Origin: Tricharina praecox
Lineage: Eukaryota
Direction of reading: 5' to 3'
Assembly (NCBI RefSeq): GCF_024521635.1
Contig: NW_026250406.1
Span: forward strand, 310,001-374,000
Length of the DNA stretch: 64,000 nt
Positions 36,208 through 46,766 of the stretch are shown here, in pieces. Below the pieces are notes generated by a model, which worked only from the letters and a program-made list of their open reading frames with translations, ran no database searches and had not been told where the DNA came from. A program made the translations under genes and the position numbers. Numbering within the stretch: the first letter of the stretch is position 1; the number at the start of each line of letters is the position of its first letter.

Positions 36208-37887
36208 GCAACAGCCCGTTTATATAGAAAACCCTCCACTTCTTCCCGCAACTTGAGAATGACCGTGGGCGCGTGCCAGACCCTGAGAAATCCATCTTGC
36301 TAGTACCCTCCTTCCATGACTCATACCCTGCGCAGCCGCACTACCCCTGCTTCCTGCACACAGCCTCAATCCCCTGCGACTCATTACTGCGCTATCCCTG
36401 CTCCCTGCAAACAGCCCCCAATCCTCTACGGCTCACCCTTGCACTGCCGGTGCACTGTCTCCCAACTCTCCCAATCCTTGCGCTGACCCTCCCTTCGTCA
36501 TTCCGTCGCGTGCCGTCACAGTAGTCCCTCCCAAGGCTTGAGTTCCCACTAGAGCAAGTTCGACTGGTCCAGGGTGCATATGGTATCGTCGATGGAAGTT
36601 GTCCACAGCTTGTACCTCAGTGACGTTCTCCTCTGTTTCCCACGTTGGTGCCGCGTAGCCTCTCCATTTCACCAGGTACTGGAGTTTGCCCCTGAGGTTC
36701 CGGCTGTCGAGAACCTCTTCAACCTCCCATTCTTCTTGGTCGTCCACGATTACCGGAAGTGGTGGCGGTGGAATTTGTCCAGGGAAAGGATCGTCAGCGG
36801 AGGCGTGAAAGACGGATACAGGAAATGTTCCGTGTCTCTGAACGGTGTCTGGGATGTCCAATTCGTAGGCGTGGGTTTCGATTGTCCGAATCACGCAGTA
36901 GGGACCATGGTGTTTGTTTTGCAGCTTGCAACTGGGTCTTTCGGTGCGCCAGTCCCGACCATCCACTCATACCATGTCGCCTGGTTGGAAGGCTGGCGCA
37001 GGGGTCCGGTGCTGGTCGGAGTCGTCCTGTTGCCGTGCCTGGGCATACTGCATTTGGCTGCGGGCGACGCCGTGGATTTGATGCAACTGTTCCGCTGCAC
37101 TCTGAGCTTGTTGTTCTTCCTTGGTGTCGACACAGATATCCAGCTCAAAGTCACACCGTGTGACACCCCGATAGGTATCGGAGGTCACGACGGTCGCAAG
37201 AGACGTGATTAGATAGTTCGGGTGATTAGAATAGAGTTGCGAGCCGAAAGGATAGTTAGAAGCGATCAAGGACAAGATAGGAAGGAGGGAGCAAACGGAT
37301 TCCAGAGTCTAGACAGTGATCGGAGATGCGGGAGATCGGGATAACAGTCCAGAGGACTTTGAGATCTCCGATCATAGGGCCCCGCAGTAGGAACTCCGAT
37401 CCAGGAAAAAACTGTTATGACGAGAGAATCGAACATCGACCGATGGGGGCAGACAACTTCGAGCGAAGAACTCTGCCGGCGCATGAGGGAGATAATTGCT
37501 CGGAAACTCCGATCTATCTTGGGCGCGTGGTGTTTACCACCTGCCTAGTCGAGAAGACTATCCGAAGAGAGCTGACGACGACTCAAGGCTAGGCCGCGGA
37601 ACTCCGATGCAAAGGAAGCAACGGAGCTACGTTAGGCCGCACTCTAGAGGAATCACGTGCTGAGGATCGGGACGACTATAAGTCGAACCGAGCGGGCAAC
37701 CGAACAAAACTACAATCATCGCACCGAACAAACCATCGAACAAACACCCTTAAGATTATTCCGCTGTGAATTATCGAAATCCCTGACTTTTATTCTATCC
37801 TCGATTTTACTATAGACTCCGACGACACAAACCCGTCCCAGTCTCACACTATAATCTTAAGGTTACAGTCACCGATTTCTATCGAAA

Positions 37888-39891
37888 ATGTCCTCCTCAA
37901 ACCTCGACATGCTCCGCCTCGAACTTCCTCAGACCCTGAGCAATGCGCTCGTTAGCATCCCGCAAGCATCCGAAACCGTCGAAGTACGAAACCCGGCAGC
38001 CTGGCTCAGGCTGATGAACCACCAATACCAAACGGCACAAAGAGACCTGCGCCAGCTTTACCAAGCATGCGATCAGAAGTTCAACGAAGAGGACTCCCGA
38101 ATGCAGGAAATCAGAAGGAACTACGAACAACTCTGCGATGGGGTCAAGTATGTGTACAACCTCTACGCTCACCATGCCGAAATGAATACAGAATGGCTTC
38201 GAACCGAGCTGTCAACGGTAGCGAACGCAACGCACGCCCTGAGCAGCGACGTATGGGCAGTCATTCGAGAACGTAACCAGAAAGACGAAGACAACCGCGA
38301 GTTGCAAAGCGTCGCAAACGCTCGGCTACAAGACGCCATCGTGTTCCTCGAAACGGCGCAAGTCGAACAACGCAGGGAGCAAGCGGTGTACAACCGCAAC
38401 GTGGAAATTTGGGCAGGGAAACAGGAAGAGAAGGCAGAATACCTCTACAAGGAGCAACAGCGAATCAAGGAAAAAATCGCTCGAGCAGAGAACAAATTGA
38501 AGGCTGTAGAGGTAAGGACAGGGAAGGCGAAGGAAAAGGCCCCGGAGTGGGTAAACACTACCCCAAGAGGAGGATCGCGGGCAGAAAGATCAGCAACAAG
38601 GGAAACTCCGGCAGGTGCAGGAATGTCCCCTCCTCCTCCACCCCCAAGACGTCCGGTGACTAACCTTGGAGGTGATCCCTCGGATGAGGAACCATCGGAT
38701 GATGACGATTCCATCCCCTTGCCGCGTCGTTCGCCGCCCCGTCACCGACACGCTCCGCTACCAAGAGAAGACGACGAAGACGAAGAGAGTCGCTTCGCTC
38801 GGATCATCGCTGCTGCCGTCTCCGCATCGAACCCGAGGGCCATCAAGCTTAAAATGAAAGAGCCCAAGCCGTTCGATGGCAAGCAAAGAACAGCCTTCCG
38901 TCCATGGTGGGACTCAGTTGAAGAATATCTTGAGTTCCACCCAGAGACAAACGAGCAGCAGAAGATAGCGTGGGTGGGATCCCGACTGGAAGGGACAGCG
39001 GCAGAATGGCATCAGGCCCGTCGAAAAAGCCTGAGGCAGCTACACTTGGAAGATACCTGGCAGGCGTACCAAGAGGCACTCAAGGAGGCGTACCGCGACA
39101 CGCAGGAAGGAGCGAACGCATTAAGAAGGATGTGGGCCCTCGAATACAAAGGAGACATTCAGGCTTACATGACCTCCTTCCGATCGCTCAACATGATCGC
39201 TCGCGCCACCGGCGAACCGCTACAAGACATAGTCAACCAGGCCATGACTACCGACATCGTTGATATGTGCTTCAACCAGCACACCGAACCCTACGAAGAC
39301 GATGAAGACTTCCTGGAAACGGTGCTCAGGGCTGGCAACCATGTGGAACGACGGGACGCGCTGAAAAAGGCAAGGGCAATGAGGAAAGGGGGATCGGGTA
39401 GCCAGGGTTCCGGCGGCGACCGGAAGGGACCTGGCAACGGCCGGCAGGGCCAAGGAAAGGGAAGAGACCCCGGGGGCCGCAAGGAAAGCGGGGAGTCCCC
39501 GGAGGGCCGAAAGGCCAAGGAAGCAACAGGAGTCAGGAAGGGAAGGACAAGGGAAGGGGACATCTACGCAGGAGCAAAGGAGGCTCTGGTAGGGGTTCCC
39601 CAGAAGGAGATCGATGCCCACAAAGCATCCAAGTGCGACTGTTGGCGTTGCGGACGAGACGGCCACCGAACCTTCCAATGCTACGCCAGAAAAACAGTCG
39701 CGGGTACCGAACTCCCCGAGAGTCCAAAGGTGTCATCCGTGACAAAGAGAAAGCGGGACACCCAGGATGCCGAACCCACTCGACCGAGGTCCAAGCAACA
39801 CAAGGCTGCGGCGGTTGTGGTGGAGGATGAAGCAATGACGGAGGCCCCTCCATTCTGGGAAAGGAATGAGAGTGAGCCGGAGGATTTTTGA
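37888..39891 (+). CDS. gag: Gag of element C (667 aa, long N-terminal helical extension)
   Basis: KEPKPFDGK capsid-like motif, CWRCGRDGHRTFQC knuckle. Confidence 0.92.
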   Translation: MSSSNLDMLRLELPQTLSNALVSIPQASETVEVRNPAAWLRLMNHQYQTAQRDLRQLYQACDQKFNEEDSRMQEIRRNYEQLCDGVKYVYNLYAHHAEMNTEWLRTELSTVANATHALSSDVWAVIRERNQKDEDNRELQSVANARLQDAIVFLETAQVEQRREQAVYNRNVEIWAGKQEEKAEYLYKEQQRIKEKIARAENKLKAVEVRTGKAKEKAPEWVNTTPRGGSRAERSATRETPAGAGMSPPPPPPRRPVTNLGGDPSDEEPSDDDDSIPLPRRSPPRHRHAPLPREDDEDEESRFARIIAAAVSASNPRAIKLKMKEPKPFDGKQRTAFRPWWDSVEEYLEFHPETNEQQKIAWVGSRLEGTAAEWHQARRKSLRQLHLEDTWQAYQEALKEAYRDTQEGANALRRMWALEYKGDIQAYMTSFRSLNMIARATGEPLQDIVNQAMTTDIVDMCFNQHTEPYEDDEDFLETVLRAGNHVERRDALKKARAMRKGGSGSQGSGGDRKGPGNGRQGQGKGRDPGGRKESGESPEGRKAKEATGVRKGRTREGDIYAGAKEALVGVPQKEIDAHKASKCDCWRCGRDGHRTFQCYARKTVAGTELPESPKVSSVTKRKRDTQDAEPTRPRSKQHKAAAVVVEDEAMTEAPPFWERNESEPEDF

Positions 39892-42800
39892 GCGGCCCCA
39901 GCACTCCGCAGACTGGACGGCCAAGTGTATATGTTTGCGGAACGAAGAGACCACGGCCTCAGGATATCGACAGCGAATCCAGAGATAAGCGAAGACGAAC
40001 GGACCAACCTATTTCTACGAGTCCAACCGCGCCGAGCGCCTCAGGGTGTGAGCCCCCAAAACCTGTCAGCGGACCACGACCAATCATAGAAATGATGCTC
40101 CTCTGATCTGAGCACAAGCGACGACGGATCCGAGTACTCCTTGACACAGGATGTGCCATTCCGATCATCAAACGAAGCCTTGCACGAGAACTTGGGTTGC
40201 CCCTCATTCAACGACCCAAGCCGGTGGAAATCAAGGACTTCCACGGAACCATAGTGGAAGGAGCCGGGGAATATTATACAATGCCGATGCTCCTTCAACA
40301 CCGGAGCCACTACACCAACGAAACCTTCGAAGTGGCTCCCTTGGACGACTGCGATGCCTACCTCCCGTATTGGTGGATGGCTAAGCATGAACCGACAGGG
40401 TTGTGGAAGAATGAAGCACAGAAAATTCGCTTCACCAGCACCCGATGCAAGGAACAATGCACCTTGCAACAAGCAACCAGCTTTCCGATGGAACTTGACA
40501 CGTCTGTCATTCACAATTCGGAGGCTCGCATTATTGGATACGTCTCAGCTGGCCCGGAATCAGATCCACCCATGAATCTGCTTCCGGAGAAGTTCAGACG
40601 ATATGCCAACATCATGAGCAAGGAAGCAGCCGATCAGCTTCCCGACCACAAGTCCTACGACCACGCAATCGATCTCAAAGAAGGAGAGACTCCTCCATGG
40701 GGTCCTATCTATGCGCTGTCAGAGAAAGAACTTGAGGCCCTCAGAGAGTGGCTCAAGGAGATGCTCCAGACAGGCAAGATTCGAAGATCCAAATCACCAG
40801 CCGGGGCGCCGATATTATTTGTACCAAAGGCGCACGGCAGGGGTCTCCGATTGTGTGTCGACTATCGCGGTATCAACAAGATTACCGTAGCCAATCGCTA
40901 CCCACTCCCGATCATGGCAGAGTTGCAAGACCGAGTCAGGGGTGCGAAAGTCTTCACCAAGATTGATCTGAAGAATGGCTATCACCTTATCCGCATCAAA
41001 GAAGGTGACGAGTGGAAGACGGCTTTCCGCTGTCGATACGGACTGTTTGAGTTTTTGGTCATGCCGTTTGGGCTGACCAACGCTTCAGCCACGTTTCAGG
41101 ACATGATTAACCACATATTTCGGGATATGTTGGACCTGGGACTGGTCGCGTACATCGATGACCTCCTCATCTATGCGAAGACGCACGAGGAGCATGACAA
41201 GATAGTCATCGAGGTACTAAGGAGGTTGGAAGAAAATAAGTTGGCAATCTCACCAGAGAAGTGTGTCTGGTCGACAGGGAGAGTCGAGTTCCTAGGATAC
41301 GTGATATCCCAAGATGGAATTGAGATGGCTAAGGACAAGGTGGAATCTGTGCTCTCATGGGAGGCGCCGCGGTCCCTGAAGGAAGTACAAGCCTTTCTTG
41401 GGTTCGCCAATTTTTACAGGCGCTTCATCAAGGATTTCTCAAAGATCACGAGACCCTTGACCGAGAGCACAAAAGAAAAAGGGAAGGATTGGAGATGGAC
41501 AGGGGAGATGGAACTGGCCTTCGAGGAGCTGAAGTCTAGGTTCACCACGGCACCGATTCTCGGGCACTTCAACCCAGAATTACCTGTCATGGTGGAATCC
41601 GACGCTTCGGACTTCGCGTTGGGCGCGGTCCTGTCTCAAAGGACAGAGGATGGGAAGTTACACCCAGTTGCGTTCCACTCAAGAAAGTTTACCCCAGCCG
41701 AAATCAACTTTGAGATTCACGATAAGGAACTACTCGCGATAGTAGACTCTTTCAAACGCTGGCGGCAATACCTTGAGGGAGCAAAACACCAGATCCAGGT
41801 GTACAGCGACCACCAGAACCTTGAGTACTTCACAACCACGAAAGTACTCAATCGACGGCAGGCGAGATGGGCACAAGAACTCGCTGGCATCGACTTCAAA
41901 ATCTACTACCGGCCCGGCAGCCAGAACGGCAAGCCTGACGCATTATCCAGGCGCCCGGAGTACCGCCCTGAAAAAGGGGGGGGTGAAGATCAGCCGATTA
42001 CGACGATCCTGCATAAATCACACTTTGCAGGCGACGATTCGAGAGTTTCATCAATCAGCACCGGAGGTGAAAGCACCGTGTTCCTGGTTTCGTCAACTCG
42101 GCTACAATCAATCCCCGTGCCAAAGTGGAATGAAGAATTTCTGGGTTGGGTCAGGAAGGCAGGAAAGGAAGATGCTGGGTATCAGGAGGCTCTGAGCAGC
42201 ATCAAGGACACGAAAGGGGACGCGGCTCAGAAGGACACTGAGTCGGAGGGCCGAAAGGCCTGGGAACTGGCCGCCGAGAGTAGGGACTCCGGCAGGATGG
42301 GCCGAAAGGCCAGGATTTTGAGGATGGAAGAGGGGTGCCTGTATAGGAAAGAAAGGCTATGGGTACCAGACGATAAGGAACTCGTCAGACACATCCTCGA
42401 GTCGGAACACGATACGAAAGTCGCGGGGCATATGGGCCAGGACAAGACTATCGAACTTATCCGGCGCAATTTCTGGTGGCCAAAGATGGACGAGCAGATT
42501 ATAGACTTCGTCCGGAGTTGCGCGCAGTGTCAGAAGGACAAAGCAACAAGGCACCAGCCGTATGGACTACTCAATCCCCTCGAGTTACCATACACCCCAT
42601 GGCAATCAATAGCCATGGACTTCATTACCGACCTACCGGAATCCAACGGATGCGACCAGCTATGGGTGGTCGTCGACCGCTTCACCAAGATGGCGCATTT
42701 CATCCCCCTACCTAAGGATGGAAAGATAGCCGAGGATCTCGCGAAGATTTTTGCCCGCGAGATATGGCGCTTTCACGGATTACCAGCAGACATAGTGTCG

Positions 42801-43697
42801 GACCGAGACTCACGGTTTACCTCGGGTACATGGAAAGAATTCATCCGGCTGCTAGGCATTAAGCCCCGGATGTCAACAGCGTTCCACCCACAGACGGATG
42901 GACAAACCGAACGCCTCAACCAGACGATCGAAGCATACCTCCGCTCCTTCGTCAACTACGAACAGAACGATTGGGTGAATCTCCTACCGATGGCTGAGTT
43001 TGCCTACAACAACTCGGTTACATCGGCAACCGGAATGTCGCCCTTCTATGCGAATTTCGGATACCACCCGTCGGCGACAAACCCTGCTGCGGCAACTTCT
43101 CTCAACCCTGCCAGCAAGGTCTACGCTCACTGGATGCATACAGTCCACGAGGAAAACATCAAGACTCTCGAACGAACGCGCGAACGAATGCGCAAGTATG
43201 CAGATCAACATCGTCAGGAGGCACCGGCTTATCAAGTAGGAGACTTGGTAATGCTGAATGGGCGGAACATTCAAACCCGCCGACCCTCGCGGAAGTTGGA
43301 CCACAAGAACCATGGTCCCTTCCAAATCGAGAAGATCGTATCGCCGCTCGCTGTCAAGCTCACTCTGCCAAGGAAGTGGAAGATTCATAATATCTTTCAC
43401 GTCTCGCTCGTTGAACCGTTCCGAGCCGGCACCCGAGCACCACCGGATCCCTCTCAAATCTTACGAGAGGCCGATGATGTGGAAGGTAACGAAGAATACG
43501 ACGTCGATGAGGTTATGGGCAGCTCGAAGAAAGGTCGACGAGTGCTCTACCTCGTCAAATGGCTCAACTACCCCGAACGACGGGACTGGACGAACGAGCC
43601 ATTCGACAACTTCTCAGTAGGCGGTCGGGAAAAGCTACGCGAGTTTCATCGCAAAAATCCCGATGCGCCGAGGGACTACCGGCTCACAGATGAGTAA
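39882..43697 (+). CDS. pol: Pol of element C (PR-RT-RNase H-IN-chromodomain), -1 frame, interrupted by TGA at 40104-40106
   Basis: VLLDTGC, LCVDYRGIN, YIDD, ESDASD, HHCC, IVSDRDSRF, GPF, EYDVDEV..YLVKWLNY; frame is continuous from 39888 except for one stop. Confidence 0.93.
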
Positions 43698-44740
43698 GAG
43701 TTTTTTCCATGTGGTTTTTCTCGAACTCGGGCAGGTAGTAGGATGAAGGGGTTGGAGGACTTCATCCACAGTTATCAAGTTAGGATAAAGGTGAGGACTT
43801 GGGTGCTTCGGGCCGAAGCCTCGTGGGAGGGGAGATGGTGTGACACCCCGATAGGTATCGGAGGTCACGACGGTCGCAAGAGACGTGATTAGATAGTTCG
43901 GGTGATTAGAATAGAGTTGCGAGCCGAAAGGATAGTTAGAAGCGATCAAGGACAAGATAGGAAGGAGGGAGCAAACGGATTCCAGAGTCTAGACAGTGAT
44001 CGGAGATGCGGGAGATCGGGATAACAGTCCAGAGGACTTTGAGATCTCCGATCATAGGGCCCCGCAGTAGGAACTCCGATCCAGGAAAAAACTGTTATGA
44101 CGAGAGAATCGAACATCGACCGATGGGGGCAGACAACTTCGAGCGAAGAACTCTGCCGGCGCATGAGGGAGATAATTGCTCGGAAACTCCGATCTATCTT
44201 GGGCGCGTGGTGTTTACCACCTGCCTAGTCGAGAAGACTATCCGAAGAGAGCTGACGACGACTCAAGGCTAGGCCGCGGAACTCCGATGCAAAGGAAGCA
44301 ACGGAGCTACGTTAGGCCGCACTCTAGAGGAATCACGTGCTGAGGATCGGGACGACTATAAGTCGAACCGAGCGGGCAACCGAACAAAACTACAATCATC
44401 GCACCGAACAAACCATCGAACAAACACCCTTAAGATTATTCCGCTGTGAATTATCGAAATCCCTGACTTTTATTCTATCCTCGATTTTACTATAGACTCC
44501 GACGACACAAACCCGTCCCAGTCTCACACACCGTGGGTGGTATCCTAGGTTAGCGAAGAATGGGGACAGGGTAGCCGTGTCGGAGACCTGGTTGTTGCCA
44601 CCGAATTCGGCCAAGAACTGGTAGTCAACCCAATCATCCTGGAAGTAGCTGACTTACACGCGGAGGTGCTGTTCCATGACGGGGTTCATCCGTTCCGTTT
44701 GGGCGTCAGTCTGGGGGTGGAAGTCAGTCTACAGGCGTGG

Positions 44741-45430
44741 TGTGAGACTGGAACGAGTTTGCGTCGTCGGAGTCTATGGTAGTATCGAGTGTAGAATAAA
44801 AGTCAGGGATTTCGATAATTCACAACGGAATAATTTTAAGGGTGTTTCTTCGATGGTTTGTTCGGTGCGATGATTGTAGTTTGGTTTGGTTGCCCGCTCG
44901 GTTCGACTTATAGTGGTTCCGATCCTCAGCACGTGATTTCTCTAGAGTGCGGCCTAACGTAGCTCCGTTGCTTCCTTTGCATCGGAGTTCCGCGGCCTAG
45001 CCTTAAGTTGTCGTCAGCTCTCTTCGGATAGTCTTCTCGACTAGGCAGGTGGTAAACACCACGCGCCCAAGATAGATCGCAGTTCCCGAGCAATTATCTC
45101 CCTCATGCGCCGGCAGAGTTCTTCGCTCGAAGTTGTCTGCCTCCATCGGTCGATGTTCGATTCTCTCGTCATAACAGTTTTTTCCTGGATCGGACTTCCT
45201 ACTGCGGGGCCCTATGAACAGAGATCTCAAAGTCCTCTGGACTGTTATCCCGATCACCTGCATCTCCGATCACTGTCCAAACTCTGGAATCCGTTTGCTT
45301 CCTCCTTCCTATCTTGTCCTTAATCGCTTCTAACTATCCTTTCGGCTCGCAACTCTATTTTAATCACTCAAACTATCTAATCACATCTCTTGCGACCGTC
45401 GTGAACTCCAATACCTATCAGGGTGTCACA
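44741..45430 (-). mobile_element. Family 2 solo LTR without matching TSD, sitting at a ~2.8-kb deletion in element B
   Basis: 690-bp reverse-complement LTR; flanks CGTGG / CGATC; B jumps from integrase to protease across it. Confidence 0.9.
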
Positions 45431-46143
45431 CGATCAGCGCATGCGTGGCAATGATTTGTCACCAAACGAAAGATTACACAATACAACAAGATGTTTTCCT
45501 TCCATTGATGATTCCTCCACAACCATTGCTGACACTGAGAGACTAAACAAACGAAAAATAGGGGACATAGGAGACAAAGACTTATCCTGGGTCCGACCAA
45601 CAACAGTGCCATCCAGCGGTTGTTGGTCATGGCTTTTCCCGACTGCTGGCAGGTCCCGCCGCAATCCTGGTTGCAGTTGTGATAGGTGTGAGCCGGGGTG
45701 GTGCTGGTGGGCTGGGTTGACTCCAGCCGGGCAACAGCTGCTCCGAACGGATTTCGGTTCTTGTTGGGGCAGCTCCTAGCCATGTGGCCACTTCCTCCAC
45801 AGTACAAACAGCGGTCTTCGCGGAGTCGGGCGGCACGCTCTTGGTCTGAGATCCTGCGGCTGTTGGCACTCAAGTCCATATCTCCAGGGGGCGTTCCTGT
45901 GGCAATGGTTGTTGCGGGCATGTTGATCTGTGTGGTGTGCCTGAGCGGTGCCGTGGGTTGTGGGGCGCTACTCTGCCAAGGGAGGTTGGTGGTTCGTCGC
46001 CCTGCACGAAGTTGAAGGGCACGCAGCTCGGAGTCGAGGCGTTGACACAGAGCCACAAACTCATCGTAGTTGAGGCCCTGAGTACGGCCCACAAGTTGCC
46101 GGTGGAGTTGGATGGATACTGCTTCTCGCAGCACGTCAAGTTT

Positions 46144-46766
46144 TGTCACACCACCTCCCCTCCCACGTGGCTTCGGCCCGAAGCACCCAAGTCCTCGCCT
46201 TTATCCTAACCTGATAACTGTGGATGAAGTCCTCCATCCCTTTCATCATACTACCTGCCCGAGTTCGAGAAAACCACATGGGAAAAAACTCTTACTCATC
46301 TGTGAGCCGGTAGTCCCTCGGCGCATTGGGTTTCTTGCGATGAAACTCGCGTAGCTTTTCCCGACCGCCTATTGAGAAGTTGTCGAATGGCTCGTTCGTC
46401 CAGTCCCGTCGTTCGGGTTAGTTGAGCCATTTCACGAGGTAGAGCACTCGTCCACCTTTCTTCGAGCTGCCCATAACCTCATCAACGTCGTATTCTTTGT
46501 TGCCTTCAACATCATCGGCCTCTCGCAAGCTCTGAGAGGGATCTGGTGGTGCTCGGGTGCCGGCTCGGAATGGTTCAACGAGGGAGACGTGAAAGATGTT
46601 ATGAATCTTCCACTTCCTTGGCGGAGTGGGCTTGACAGTGAGCGGCAATGCGATTTTCTCGATTTGGAAGGGACCATGGTTCTTGTGGTCGAACTTCCGC
46701 GATGGTCGGCGGGTTTAAATGTTCCGCCTGTTAAGCATTACCAAGTCACCTACTCGATAAGCCGGT
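46144..46766 (-). mobile_element. Element E: family 2 3' fragment (IN end, chromodomain with stop, PPT, 7-nt LTR stub)
   Basis: Homologous to ~43225-43845 of element C. Confidence 0.88.

Larger units (their letters stand above)
37159..44528 (+). mobile_element. Element C: full-length Ty3/gypsy chromovirus (family 2) inserted in the integrase region of B
   Basis: 690-bp LTRs 37159-37848 and 43839-44528 with no difference seen, TSD CACCG, PPT GGGAGGGGAGATGG, gag and pol. Confidence 0.97.
29882..46143 (-). mobile_element. Element B: older family 1 Ty3/gypsy copy in pieces (3' LTR 29882-30121 + 36213-36520; IN/chromodomain 36521-37158 and 44534-44740; PR/gag 45431-46143), interrupted by A, C and a solo LTR
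   Basis: Homology to element A in all pieces; continuity across TSDs GCAAC and CACCG; in-frame stops and frameshifts. Confidence 0.85.

Noticed and set aside
42238..42315. Hammerhead ribozyme suggested by GGCCGAAAGGCC
   Set aside because: The catalytic core CUGANGA before the stem and GAAA after it are absent
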